Assembly: GCA_038087875.1 (NCBI GenBank)
Contig: CM075988.1
Span: 27,034,001-27,098,000, forward strand
Source of the DNA: Malacoraja senta
Lineage: Eukaryota
Reading direction: 5' to 3'
Length of the DNA: 64,000 nucleotides
Shown here: in pieces, positions 1-13,075 of the stretch
How the letters are laid out: every line of letters begins with the position of its first letter
How positions within the stretch are numbered: the stretch's first letter is position 1
Notes under the pieces: model-generated
Seen by the model: only the letters and a program-made list of their open reading frames with translations
Databases searched by the model: none
What the model was told of the DNA's origin: nothing
Translations under genes and position numbers: made by a program

Positions 1-1257
1 GTCCTTCCTCAGATTTGGAGACCAAAACTGTACGCAATACTCCAGGTGTGGTCTCACCAAGACCCTGTACAACTGCAGTAGAACCTCCCTCCTCCTATAC
101 TCAAATCCTTTTGCTATGAAAGCTAACATACCATTCGCTTTCTTCACTGCCTGCTGCACCTGCATGCCTACTTTCAATGACTGGTGTACCATGACACCCA
201 GGTCTCGCTGCATCTCCCCTTTTCCTAATCGGCCACCATTTAGATAATAGTCTGCTTTCCTGTTTTTGCCACCAAAGTGGATAACCTCACATTTATCCAC
301 ATTATACTGCATCTGCCAAACATTTGCCCACTCACCCAGCCTATCCAAGTCACCTTGCAGTCTCCTAGCATCCTCCTCACAGCTAACACTGCCCCCCAGC
401 TTAGTGTCATCCGCAAACTTGGAGATGTTGCCTTCAATTCCCTCATCCAGGTCATTAATATAAATTGTAAATAGCTGGGGTCCCAGCACTGAGCCTTGCG
501 GTACCCCACTAGTCACTGCCTGCCATTGTGAAAAGGACCCGTTTACTCCTACTCTTTGCTTCCTGTTTGCCAGCCAGTTCTCTATCCACATCAATACTGA
601 ACCCCAAATACCGTGTGCTTTAAGTTTGTATACTAATCTCTTATGTGGGACATTGTCAAAAGCCTTCTGAAAGTCCAGATACAACACATCCACTGGTTCT
701 CCCCTATCCACTCTACTAGTTACATCCTCGAAAAATTCTATAAGATTCGTCAGACACGATTTACCTTTCGTAAATCCATGCTGACTTTGTCCAATGATTT
801 CACCACTTTCCAAATGTGCTGCTATCCCATCTTTAATAAGTGACTCTAGCAGTTTCCCCACTACCGATGTTAGACTAACTGGTCTGTAATTCCCCGTTTT
901 CTCTCTCCCTCCCTTCTTAAAAAGTGGGGTTATGTTTGCTACCCTCCAATCCTCAGGAACTACTCCAGAATCTAAAGAGTTTTGAAAAATTATCACTAAT
1001 GCATCCACTATTTCTGGAGCTACTTCCTTAAGTACTCTGGGATGCAGCCTATCTGGCCCTGGTGATTTATCGGCCTTTAATCCATTCAATTTACCCAACA
1101 CCACTTCCCGACTAACCTGGATTTCACTCAGTTCCTCCATCTCCTTTGACCCGCGGTCCCCTGCTATTTCCGACAGATTATTTATGTCTTCCTTAGTGAA
1201 GACGGAACCAAAGTAGTTATTCAATTGGTCCGCCATATCCTTGTTCCCCATGATCAA
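1..1257 (-). mobile_element. CR1-clade LINE, young family; ORF2/RT fragment, 5'-truncated at ~1257 and cut by the window edge
   Basis: The reverse complement closely matches the + strand CR1 at ~4033-5180 (ELIMGNKD, SGVPQGSVLG, KFADDTKLGG, RPHLEYCVQFW motifs). Confidence 0.95.
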
Positions 1258-1419
1258 GGTTTGGGCATTGATTGGGTTTCCTCCAGGTGCATCTGCTTCC
1301 TCCCATATTCCAAAGACAAGCTGGGGGGTGAACTGGCTGCAGTAAATGACTCCTTTGTGTGGGTACGTAACATAGAGAAGATGATGAGTATCTGCAAGAG
1401 AGCAAGTTACAAGCAATAG

Positions 1420-1705
1420 GGGACAAGGATTTGTTTCCAGCTGTTATCAGGCAACTGAACCATCCTACCACAACTAGAGAGCAGTGCTGCTGAACTACGA
1501 TCCACCTCATCGGGGACCCTCACACTATCTTTGATCAGACTTTACTGGCTTTACCTTGCACTAAATGTTACTTTCTTAACGTACAGTGTATACTGTAAAT
1601 ACTCAGTATTAATCATGTATTGTCTTTCCACTGGCTGGGTAGCACATAACAAAAGCTTTTTACTGTACCTCGGTAATCGTGACAATAAACTAAACTGAAC
1701 TGAAG
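1420..1705 (+). mobile_element. Rex1/Babar-like LINE 3' end (ORF tail plus 3' UTR)
   Basis: Similar to 57480-57752, which follows a Rex1-type ORF C-terminus. Ends in gacaataaac followed by short repeats. Confidence 0.65.
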
Positions 1706-1944
1706 GAAGGGTGAATGGTGCTGATGGGAAAGACTTGCTTGGCACATGAAGCCAATCAGATGAACACTTCCTTCTGTTTCATAATACATTGACACTTTCC
1801 AATATTTAATGTAACAAATTCATGCCTTGACATTGGTGCCAGATTTGTGGGTGGGGTACCAGTAATGCTGCAGCTTTTGCCATTCACAGCTTGTTTCTTT
1901 TGTTTGACATCTCTCTTTGCATCACCATTTTATAGGCTGTATCT

Positions 1945-2162
1945 TTTAATCGATCACCTGCCCTCCCTTTGCTTCCTCACCCATCCTTATTCCACTAGTT
2001 TAATCTCTCACCTGCCCTCCCTTTGCTTCCTCACCCATCCTTATTCCACTAGTTTAATCGATCACCTGCCCTCCCTTTGCTTCCTCACCCATCCTTATTC
2101 CACTAGTTTAATCGATCACCTGCCCTCCCTTTGCTTCCTCACCCATCCTTATTCCACTAGTT
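1945..2162. repeat. Minisatellite, 4 x 54 bp
   Basis: Unit tttaatcgatcacctgccctccctttgcttcctcacccatccttattccactag starts at 1945, 1999, 2053 and 2107. Confidence 0.95.
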
Positions 2163-3144
2163 TTCCATTTGCTTAAACTAACTTCTTCCAGTTCTGATGC
2201 ATGATAATTCCATTTGCAGACTTGTTGAATATTTTCAACATTTTCTCTTTCTTATTTCAACTTTACGGTATCTGTTAAGTCTGCCGTGAGGAAGCATGTT
2301 TAAGAAGGGAGTGCAGATTCCTCAGGATACATTCCATTAAAGTATATTTTGTAAAATTACAATAGATAAGCTAACCATTGAGAACTGCATTATTTATTAG
2401 AGCTGTTTATATTTTTCAATGCCTTTACTATCGCCTATGGCTAAACCCAATGACTGCTAATGCATAAATAACAGTTTTAAATTCCCAACTTGTAAAGCAA
2501 TGAATAATACATTGGGTATTGATGAACTGATAAGAGACCAACTGAGCATCGTTTTTCATCCCTAAAAGAGAACTACCTGGAATCCTAGTACAAAGAACAC
2601 ATGGCCTCAAAATTGGATCTATTAGCAGTCGCATTTTGAATACAAACCAAAGATAAAAGCACCTTAACGTAGCTTAATAATCATTTCTAGATGAAGTTGT
2701 ATTCATTATGAAATTGCAAATGGCTCTTCTATGAGCAACTCACATTAGCACATCTGGCATCTGTTATGTACGTACTGACATCACAAGGTGTACACCACTC
2801 ATTGCCACCATCCAGATTCAGGGTGTAATCTGTCACCTTGGTTGGGACAGTCTCCAAAGGATAAGAGCACATCTGCCTTAGATGGCCAACAAATCCTGCA
2901 CTAATGTACCTTCATTCTGATACAAATGCCTCATATGCTACATCTGCCATGAGACATTGCACATGTCATGACTGGTTGTTCCAGCACAGATAACAGCCGC
3001 GTCAGTGCAGATACCTTAGACGTTGCCATCTCTGGCCCACCCATTACCCCACACCTAAACGTAGTGATGACCCACTCACAATATGGGACTTAATGACCTA
3101 CAACAGTTTGGATTGCTGCCTCTGCACTCAGGAGTTCGAGGTGT

Positions 3145-5694
3145 CATTAGCTTGGAGGATGTGGAATCGGTATGGGTAGAGCTGCGAAACACTAAGGGGC
3201 AGAAAACGCTGGTGGGTGTTGTGTACAGGCCACCTAGCAGTAGTAGTGAAGTTGGGGATGGCATCAAACAGGAAATTAGAAATGCGTGCAACAAAGGCAA
3301 AACAGTTATAATGGGTGACTTCAATCTACATATAGATTGGGTGAATCAAATTGGCAGGGGTGCTGAGGAAGAGGATTTCATGGAATGTATGCGGGATAGT
3401 TATCTAAACCAACATGTAGAGGAACCAACGAGAGAGCATGCTTATCTAGACTGGGTATTGAGTAATGAGGAAGGGTTAGTTAGCAGTCTTGTTGTGCGTG
3501 CCCCCTTGGGCAAGAGTGACCATAATATGGTTGAGTTCTTCATTAGGATGGAGAGTGACATTGTTAATTCAGAAACAATGGTTCTGAACTTAAAGAAAGG
3601 TAACTTTGAGGGTATGAGACGTGAATTGGCCAAGATTGACTGGCAATTAGTTCTAAAAGGGTTGACGGTGGATATGCAATGGAAGGCATTTAAAGACTGC
3701 ATGGATGAACTACAAAAATTGTTCATCCCAGTTTGGCAAAAGAATAAATCAGGGAAGGTAGTGCATCCATGGATAACAAGGGAAATCAGGGATAGTATCA
3801 AAGCAAAACATGATGCATACAAATTAGCCAGAAAAAGCAGCATACCAGAGGACTGGGAGAAATTCAGAGACCAGCACAGGAGGACAAAGGGCTTAATTAG
3901 GAAAGGGAAAATAGATTATGAAAGAAAACTGGCTGGGAACATAAAAACTGACTGCAAACGTTTTTATAGATATGTGAAGAGAAAGAGATTAGTTAAAACA
4001 AATGTAGGTCCCTTGCAGTCAGAAACAGGTGAATTGATCATGGGGAACAAGGATATGGTGGACCAATTGAATAACTACTTTGGTTCCGTCTTCACTAAGG
4101 AAGACATAAATAATCTGCCGGAAATAGCAGGGGGCCGCGGGTCAAAGGAGATGGAGGAACTGAGTGAAATCCAGGTTAGTCGGAAAGTGGTGTTGGGTAA
4201 ATTGAATGGATTAAAGGCCGATAAATCACCAGGGCCAGATAGGCTGCATCCCAGAGTACTTAAGGAAGTAGCTCCAGAAATAGTGGATGCATTAGTGATA
4301 ATTTTTCAAAACTCTTTAGATTCTGGAGTAGTTCCTGAGGATTGGAGGGTAGCAAACGTAACCCCACTTTTTAAGAAGGGAGGGAGAGAGAAAATGGGGA
4401 ATTACAGACCAGTTAGTCTAACATCGGTAGTGGGGAAACTGCTAGAGTCAGTTATTAAAGATGGGATAGCAGCACATTTGGAAAGTGGTGAAATCATTGG
4501 ACAAAGTCAGCATGGATTTACGAAAGGTAAATCATGTCTGACGAATCTTATAGAATTTTTCGAGGATGTAACTAGTAGAGTGGATAGGGGAGAACCAGTG
4601 GATGTCTTGTATCTGGACTGGCAAACAGGAAGCAAAGAGTAGGAGTAAACGGGTCCTTTTCACAATGGCAGGCAGTGACTAGTGGGGTACCGCAAGGCTC
4701 AGTGCTGGGATCCCAGCTGTTTACAATTTATATTAATGAACTGGATGAGGGAATTGAAGGCAACATCTCCAAGTTTGCGGATGACACTAAGCTGGGGGGC
4801 AGTGTTAGCTGTGAGGAGGATGCTAGGAGACTGCAAGTTGACTTGGATAGGCAGGGTGAGTGGGCAAATGTTTGGCAGATGCAGTATAATGTGGATAAAT
4901 GTGAGGTTATCCACTTGGGTGGCAAAAACAGGAAAGCAGACTATTATCTAAATGGTGGCCGATTAGGAAAAGGGGAGATGCAGCGAGACCTAGGTGTCAT
5001 GGTACACCAGTCATTGAAAGTAGGCATGCAGGTGCAGCAGGCAGTGAAGAAAGCGAATGGTATGTTAGCTTTCATAGCAAAAGGATTTGAGTATAGGAGC
5101 AGGGAGGTTCTACTGCAGTTGTACAGGGTCTTGGTGAGACCACACCTGGAGTATTGCGTCTCAAATCTGAGGAAGGACATTATAGCCATAGAGGGAGTGC
5201 AGAGCAGGTTCACCAGACTGATTCCTGGGATGTCAGGACTTTCATATGAAGAAAGACTGGATAGACTCGGCTTATACTTGCTAGAATTTAGGAGATTGAG
5301 AGGGGATCTTATAGAAATGTACAAAATTCTTATGGGGTTGGACAGGCTAGATGCAGGAAGATTGTTCCCGATGTTGGGGAAGTCCAGGACAAGGGGTCAC
5401 AGTTTAAGGATAAGGGGGAAATCCTTTAAGACCGAGATGAGAAAAAACGTTTTCACACAGAGAGTGGTGAATCTCTGGAACTCTCTGCCACAGAGGGTAG
5501 TTGAGGCCAGTTCATTGGCTATATTTAAGAGGGAGTTAGATGTGGCCCTTGTGGCTAAAGGGATCAGGGGGTATGGAGAGAAGGCAGGTACGGGATACTG
5601 AGTTGGATGATCAGCCATGATCATATTGAATGGCGGTGCAGGCTCGAAGGGCCGAATGGCCTACTCCTGCACCTATTTTCTATGTATCTATGTA
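3145..5694 (+). mobile_element. CR1-clade LINE, 5'-truncated; ORF2 (partial APE endonuclease + RT) broken by an internal deletion
   Basis: ORFs 3083..4642 and 4675..5601 carry VYRPP, MGDFN, GKSDH, NYRPVSLTS, GVPQGSVLG and FADD. The 3' UTR hairpin is followed by a (tatctatg/tttctatg) tail. Confidence 0.97.
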
Positions 5695-5984
5695 CCCATT
5701 CCCCAATCTTTCTCCCCAGTCCTAGGCCAGTCTTTAATACAACTAATCTGTGGCTGCCATGGAAGGTGGTCTGTAAGTCCGACACTTTCTCCAGTCATCG
5801 GCACGGCAGATGGAGCAGCTTCTGCATGGAAATGCACGTCTCATGTTACTGCTTCAGTCTGCGTCTAGGCCACCGCACAGCTGCTTTTAAAATATTTTAA
5901 TACGAATTATTAATTAATTATGTTGCCATTAATTATTTTGTAGACAATCCAATTGATTTTCACTGCTATATTCAAAATTCATTC

Positions 5985-6430
5985 GATTGGAAAGGGTGCA
6001 GAGATGATTTCCGAGGATGTTGTCAGGACCTGGGGGGTCTGAGCTGTAAGGAGAGAACTTTATTCCTTGGCGCGCAGGAGGCTGAGGGGTGATCCTATAG
6101 AGGTGTATAAAATCATGAGGTAAAATGATAGGGTGAATGCAGAGTCTTTTAGCAAGGATTGGGGAGTTAACAACCAGAGGACATAGGTTTATGGTGAGAG
6201 GGGCATTTTTTCACGTAGAGGGTGGTGGGAATATGGAATAAACTGCCAGAGGAGGTAGTTGAGGGTGGTACAATAACAATATTTAAAAAATGCTTGGACA
6301 GGTACATGGTCAGGAAAGGTTTAGAAAGTTATGGACCAAATGCAGGCAAATGGGACTAGTTTAGATGGGCATCTTTAGATGTCGGCATGGATGAGTTGGC
6401 CCAAAGGTTGATGTATGACTCTACGACTAT
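5985..6430 (+). mobile_element. Older, degraded CR1 3' fragment
   Basis: Remnants of LERVQR..F.RML, RRLRGDLIEVYKIMR and WN.LPEEVVE, plus a CR1-type 3' UTR. Confidence 0.8.
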
Positions 6431-7774
6431 CTACAACTGGCAAAACAAAAATGTTGGATTATAATGTAATTGTCCATGCACACTTGAATAAGTGTCATTG
6501 GTATTCTTCAATCTCCGTCTTTGGCTCCGGGTGTCTGAATATTATTGTGAGCACTGCAAATCTCAAGGTATTGTGAGGATAATTGCCAATCTCTGATCCT
6601 GCTCACACCCTCTTCCCTGTCTTCACCATTTACTTACTCAATGCATAACCTATATGTGGGTCACGTGCCTGGCTTGGATTCTGACAACATTACTAAGACG
6701 TTAATGAGCTCTTGTCAAAGCACTGAACTAGGTAGTTGGCAATCATGCCGTGATATGCTCCAAACATCTTGTCCACCTCCATGTGAATGCATTTTACTTA
6801 ATTAATGGAAATTATGAGGTTCATTGTTCTTGGGTTCAGGTTAGGATCAACAATTATGAGCAGGGATGCTTACTTGTTTGTAGTGGCAGATTTTTATATC
6901 GTTCAAGAGATTCCTCCCTCTCGCTACTAAGTGGACTACATGATTAAGGAGAATGTCTTTATACGCATGTGAGCTCTACGTCAGAGACCTTCAGAGCTTC
7001 TTCACGGATAAATCTTCATAACACCGTTTTTTGATTAATAGATTCTTTATTGTTGATGAAAAACAATAAGGTACATCCAAACTTCTTCCAACTCATACAT
7101 TATAATCTTCATCGAACTCCAGCTTATCGCTTTAAAGGTTAGAAAACTCCTCGTGCCTCCGTTACGCTCCGCATGGTCAAAGGGTAAACCTTCCCCATGC
7201 TGGTCCAAAACTAAACTAAAAACTAAACTTAGCTCCAAACACGCCCTAAAATACATCCTAAATACCACCATATAACGGGCAGTCTAAAATTTAAAGACAC
7301 ATGCCATAGTTAATGACACATAAAACAAGCCAAATGGCCACTACACTGTTAGCGATGTCTCAAACACAATTATGCCTCTTCACGGAGACTTGTAAAATGC
7401 TTCAGATATTAGATCTCTCCTCCTTAACTTTGAATGGTACTTGCACTGAGAAGAGAGCCATCTTAGGTAAAACCATTGATTGGGTGAATGTAACAGCATA
7501 ATATATTGTTGAGAACAGTAAGATATCAGCAATCTGAAGTGAGACATGCAATTTGTATGGATTATCAATGTAATTGACTTGAAATTTCTCAGTGTAACAC
7601 CTTTCAGGCTGCCTCCCCACGTTGTTATTTCCCATGCTGTTCTAATCTATTCAACTCCAATCCACAAGATTGATTCCAATCGAATTATGACTCTGACCCC
7701 TCCATTTCATTCACACTGAACCTCTGGAAGTTTACAGCAAAATTTGCAGCACAACAGTAGAACCTACAGCGGAA

Positions 7775-7992
7775 AGACACAAAGTGATGGAGTAACTCAG
7801 CAGGTCAGGCAACATCTCTGGAGAGCCGGGTCATTCCGGGTCGGGGCTCTTCCTCAAAATGAATGAAGATGGATCCTAAAGCGAAATGTCACCTATCCAT
7901 GTTCTCCAGGGATGCTGCCTGACCTGCTAGGTTACTACAGCATTTTGTGTCTTTCCTTGGTGAACCAACATCTGCAGTTCCTTGTCTCTACA
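7775..7992 (+). mobile_element. Palindromic non-autonomous element related to the Penelope 3' end (degraded)
   Basis: Inverted arms agacacaaagtgatggagtaactcagcaggtcaggc / gcctgacctgctaggttactacagcattttgtgtct, followed by a ccaacatctgcagttcctt tail. Confidence 0.8.
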
Positions 7993-8522
7993 GTAGATTC
8001 TACAGACCCTAGTGCCCCATACTAGATTTTAATATAATCCACTTTCCAGCTCTTGGTCATCTTGAGATGTTCATTAACTCCAGTGAGGTTTTCTTTCTCA
8101 CCACTCGCAGGCATTCCAAACCCTGCCACACTTAAATGAGATTTTTGTTTCTCCATTCCTCTGTAATACTTCCATCAATTCCCTTCTTACTGATCTCAGC
8201 TAAGAGATAAAGGGTCTTTCATTTATATTTAAACTCTCCCCATATCCCATATTCATGTGTTTGTCCAACAAACAACAACTGCAAGTATATCACAACACCT
8301 CCTACATCTGCAATCTTTAACATCGAGAGGACAGTGACAATAGGTGAATTAGGGGACCAATCTCTCCGAGCCCTACACCATCCCAGTTCAGAAAAAAATT
8401 GACCCTGCCTCAAATTCCTGAAACTTTGATGGGCTGGTATCACCACATGTACCATATCAGGCTGAAGTGACAAATCAACGTTACCTCGAAGAAGAGTAGG
8501 TCTATCACACAACACAAAGTAG

Positions 8523-8880
8523 GTCAAGTCAAGTCAAGTCAAGTCAAGTCACATTTATTTATATAGCACATTTAAAAAACAACTCTCGTTGGCCAAAGTG
8601 CTTTACATTTGTTATGAATAGTATAAACAAACAAACTACATACATATATACATGTAGCCCTCGCTCAGAGGACGTCAAGAAAGGCTTGGGAGTATAGATA
8701 AGTTTTTAGTCTTGACTTAAAGGAGTCGATGGAGGGGGCAGTTCTGATGGGAAAGGGGATGCTGTTCCACAGTCTAGGAGCTGCAACCGCAAAGGCGCGG
8801 TCGCCCCTGAGCTTATGCCTAGACGGCGGGATGTTCAGTAACCCCAAGTCGGCCGATTTGAGGGACCTGGAGGTGGAGTG
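8523..8880 (-). mobile_element. L2-clade LINE 3' fragment with (TTGAC)n tail
   Basis: ORF 8665..8922 encodes RGDRAFAVAAPRLWNSIP..IR....IDSFKSRLKTYL, typical of an L2 C-terminus. (gtcaa)5 lies at 8523-8551. Confidence 0.88.
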
Positions 8881-9114
8881 TAGACACAAACATCTGGAGT
8901 AATTCAGCGGGACAGGCAGCATCTATGGAGAGAAGGAATGTGTGACGTTTCGGGTCGAGACACTTTTTCAGACAGATCAAATGAGTCTGAAGAAGGGTCT
9001 CAACCCGAAACATTACCCATTCCTTCTCTCCAGAGATGCTGCCAGTCCCGCTGAGTTACGCCAACTTTTTGTGTCTATCTTCAGTTTAAACCAGCATCTG
9101 CGATTCCTTCCTAC
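8881..9114 (+). mobile_element. Palindromic non-autonomous element (inverted duplication of a Penelope-like hammerhead-bearing end)
   Basis: Arms ~8881-8971 and ~8983-9078 are reverse complements. The right arm plus tail resembles Penelope end 41581-41710. Confidence 0.88.
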
Positions 9115-9539
9115 AGAAAACAGTATGTGATTTTTTTGCAAAGCTAACATCTCACTTTAAGTTAATGCTGACATTATAAGTTAAATGGGCATCAAGAGAT
9201 GAAATGACATTGCACAGTAGTCACTTCAACAGGCATTTCCAAATGGATTGTCAGGTGTGAAGTTGGGAAAACAATGGATTCTACCTGTGAAACATGATCC
9301 CACTCCTTGTTAGGTCTCTAATTGATGACAGATGGGTCTTGAACAAAACACAACAGAGACGATCTCCAACATGCTGCCTGTGAAGCCGACATTGGCACAA
9401 AGTAGCTGTTGGATGTGAATGAGACACTGGGGCAGATGCCAGACATTTCCCCACGGAACTGTGGGGGGAAAGTCAACACAATTAATACAACTGCTTTTTT
9501 CCCCATGTAGATCACCACACTTGCTTCATGTATGGTGAA

Positions 9540-9690
9540 AGAAAGCTGCCCCTAAAAGCATTCTATTTCCATAGTCACACTGGATAATGAGCCAAGAATT
9601 TGCACTCAACTCTCTGCAGTACAACGTCAACCAATGTGATTCTGACTCAGATGTGAGGGTTTTGCCAGCTGAACCACAAACAGTTGCATG
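9540..9690 (-). mobile_element. Ancient SINE remnant (possibly Deu-domain/SacSINE-like)
   Basis: tRNA-like head gtggttcagctggcaaaaccctcacatctgagtcaga, followed by weak resemblance to the Deu core as I recall it. Confidence 0.35.
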
Positions 9691-10654
9691 GACTTCTCTG
9701 CGAAGGATGAAAGGAAAATACATGCTCCTCTAAAACAAACTAGTTGAACTACATCCAATTCTCCCTCAGTTGGCTGAGTGACCTCTGGGTTGGACTGTGA
9801 TGCAGCTGTGACTTTGGGCACTGTATTGAAGTTGTAAGATGAATTTAAACTTCCAGGAAAGTTTAAGATACTTTCAACAATTGCAATCATTTACTTTATT
9901 GACATATACTTTCTTCCTCCTGTACAAAGAGAGAGGCATATTGATAAAAATATGGGGAAAATTAAAACTGATCTGGAGTTGCTTGTATCCTCAGTATGTA
10001 CAGAATCTGACCATTCCCTGTGGGACTGGATTAAACAGCACTTTGCCTTAACTTGTTTCTCATATTTTCTGGCAGCGGGTCCCGTTCTTTATAACCAATT
10101 AAATTGTTTTAAGGGTCACAATTCTGAACAATATTCCAGATTCAAGAGTTACTCCTGCATGATAAAATGAGCCTTGGTATGATTGGCTGCATTTTAAACA
10201 GGTGAAAGAAGATTGCTTGCATACAGCAAACAGCCCAATGGCTCCACATGTCATGTTAAACAATATTTGGACTGATACATGGATAGGAAAAGTTTACAAG
10301 GAAATTTGCTGAATTCAGACAAGTGAGCCTAGCTGAGATGAAGCGTTTTATCGACATGGACAAGTTTGGCCGAAGGTCTGGTGTCCATGCTGGATGACTC
10401 TGTCAGATCAGGCTAAGAAATGACCAGCAAACTGAGTTTCAAATCAACATCAGCAACATGATGGGAATTAAGTTCCTTGTCTGGGCTTTGAGGTTTGGGT
10501 CACAGGTTTGCAATTTCAGTGAGGTGATTAGCTATCAGCCATTACAGCTGGGAACAGAAGAGGTTCAGGGTCATAAGTGACTTGGAAAAAGGGGGAAACA
10601 TGAAAGCAATTGGAGGGCAGTGACAGAGAAGGCCATCAACGTGGATAACCAACA

Positions 10655-11466
10655 ATAAATGTGAGGTTATCCACTTTGGTGGCAAAAACAGGAAAGTAGA
10701 CTATTATCTGAATGGTGGCCAATTAGGAAAAGGGGAGATGCAACGAGACCTGGGTGTCATGGTACACCAGTCATTGAAAGTAGGCATGCAGGTACAGCAG
10801 GCAGTGAAGAAAGCAAATGGTATGTTAGCATTCATAGCAAAAGGATTTGAGTATAGGAGCAGGGAGGTTCTACTGCAGGTGTACAGGGTCTTGGTGAGAC
10901 CACACCTGGAGTATTGCGTACAGTTTTGGTCTCCTAATCTGAGGAAAGACATTCTTGCCATTGAGGGAGTACAGAGAAGGTTCACCAGACTGATTCCTGG
11001 GATGGCAGGACTTTCATATGAAGAAAGACTGGATAGACTCGGCTTGTACTCGCTAGAATTTAGAAGATTGAGGGGGGGATCTTATAGAAACTTACAAAAT
11101 TCTTAAGGGGTTGGACAGGCTAGATGCAGGAAGATTATTCCCGATGTTGGGGAAGTCCAGAACTAGGGGTCACAGTTTAAGGATAAGAGGGAAGTCTTTT
11201 AGGACCGAGATGAGAAAATCATTTTTCACACAGAGAGTGGTGAATCTGTGGAATTCTCTGCCACAGAAGGTAGTTGAGGCCAGTTCATTGGCTATATTTA
11301 AGAGGGAGTTAGATGTGGCCCTTGTGGCTAAAGGGATCAGGGGGTATGGAGAGAAGGCAGGGATGAGATACTGAGTTGGATGATCAGCCATGATCATATC
11401 GAATGGCGGTGCAGGCTCGAAGGGCCGAATGGCCTACTCCTGCACCTATTTTCTATGTTTCTATGT
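10655..11466 (+). mobile_element. Young CR1 LINE, 5'-truncated 3' portion
   Basis: Near-identical to 4895-5694; ORFs 10738..11106 and 11111..11374; (tttctatg) tail. Confidence 0.95.
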
Positions 11467-11499
11467 GGGGAATTGACCATGATTAAACAATGGTGGAGA

Positions 11500-11732
11500 A
11501 TGGGGAATTCTGCCAAAGAAGGCTGTGGGGGCCAAGTCAGTGGATATTTTAAGGCAGAGATAGATAGATTCTTTATTAGTACGGGTGTCGAAGGTTATGG
11601 GGAGAAGGCAGGAGAATGCGGTTGGGAGGGAGAGATAGAAATACCATGATTAAATGGTGGACTCGACGTTGGGCCGAATGGCCTAATCCTACTCCTACTC
11701 CTATTCCTTATGACCTTATGACCTTATGACCT
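11500..11732 (+). mobile_element. CR1 3' end of a second family with (cttatgac)n tail
   Basis: GYFKAEIDRF..GVEGYGEKAG remnant, gggccgaatggcct hairpin and an 8-bp tail repeat. Confidence 0.82.
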
Positions 11733-12890
11733 CAAAGGGGGTCTTGGGACATAAACTGTGTGAAAGAGAGCTGATAAGAAGGGAATTATGTTAGCAATCA
11801 AGAGATCATAGATATTAATATGTATTTGTGTATTGTTGGCTTATAACAGAGTAACATCTTGTTACCTGCCATATTGAAGGATTAGATGGCTGTCATGCTT
11901 AAATAACAGCAAAGTTGTCATGCCAATTCTAGCCTGTGTACCAACTCACCGCACATTCAGCCTGATCGGTTTCATGTTGACAGTAATGTTACCAGATGCT
12001 TTTGTGTAGCCTTGGGATCTAAGATAAGGTTACTTGGAGGTTGGTGCCAATGTTGACCTACGTTCTGACCACCGAGACTTTGCATATTTCCTGCTTTGCT
12101 TTGGGCAATGGATTCGTTCAACTGCTTACTGTTCGGCACCATCACCTCATCTAAATACCTGTAACTACAACGATATCTTGGAGCTGAGAGCTACAAAGTC
12201 AACCCTCATGGTCTCAACTCAAACTCTTGTAGCCGAGAGCATTTATATCAAAAACACATTCACCCTGCTCCCCTCAACTGTTGAAATAAAATGCTCAAAA
12301 ATATACTGAAAAATATATATATTTTAAGACATCTTTGCTTTGATACAAATAAATAAACGGTGCTTTTTGCACATAGAACAGTACAACACAGAAACAGGCT
12401 CTTCGGCCCATAATGTTTGTTCCAAACATGGTGCAAAGTTAAACTAACATGGTGACATCACCATCACTTAATTGTGTTCACAATATTTTCACCTTAAATT
12501 CTCAACAACGGTCAAAAGGGAATATTAACATGCTAGGCAGTACAAAAATTCCTCAGGCATCTCAGGTAATTATAAATAGCTATACATACATTACTCTCTG
12601 AATGCATTGAGAAGTTTGCTTGACTTTATTTACTCTATCAAATGGAACACCATAATACCCAAATGGATGGGTAAGAATCCAATTACTCTGTTTTACCAAT
12701 GATGCATAAAGCTCTGCTCTAAATTAGACTATTAAAATGTGACTACAACGTGATGGCTGAATATTCTTCATTAAAGTGAACTAATATCCTATTCCCCTTT
12801 GAATAATGTTTCCAGCATTTCATGTTTTGATAGCATTCTGTGAATTTGAGGAGATGATTACACCAGAAAGACATATCCACAGCCACTAAT

Positions 12891-13075
12891 GCGGCACAAT
12901 GGTGCAGTTGGTGGAGCCTGCTGCCTCACAGCCCCAGAGACTTGGTTCAATCCTGACCTTGGGTGCTGTCTGTGTGGAGTTTGCACGTGCTCCCTGTGAT
13001 CACGTGGGTTTCCTCTGGGTGCTTCGGTTTCCTCCCACATCCCAAACTTGTGCGGTTTGTAGATTAATTGGCCTC
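12891..13075 (+). mobile_element. tRNA-derived V-SINE (HE1-like)
   Basis: A box ggtgcagttggtgg, B box ggttcaatcc, and V-domain gtgtggagtttgcacg...gggtttcctc...ggtttcctcccacatccc. Confidence 0.85.

Noticed and set aside
1945..2162. CRISPR-like or coding repeat (ORF 1847..2176)
   Set aside because: Head-to-tail 54-bp minisatellite with no spacers, in eukaryotic context.
7047..7290. Possible Tx1/L1-like 3' end or small ORF on the minus strand
   Set aside because: Resemblance too weak to support a call.
12891..12970. tRNA gene
   Set aside because: The A/B boxes belong to a SINE head and run straight into the V-domain; no cloverleaf.
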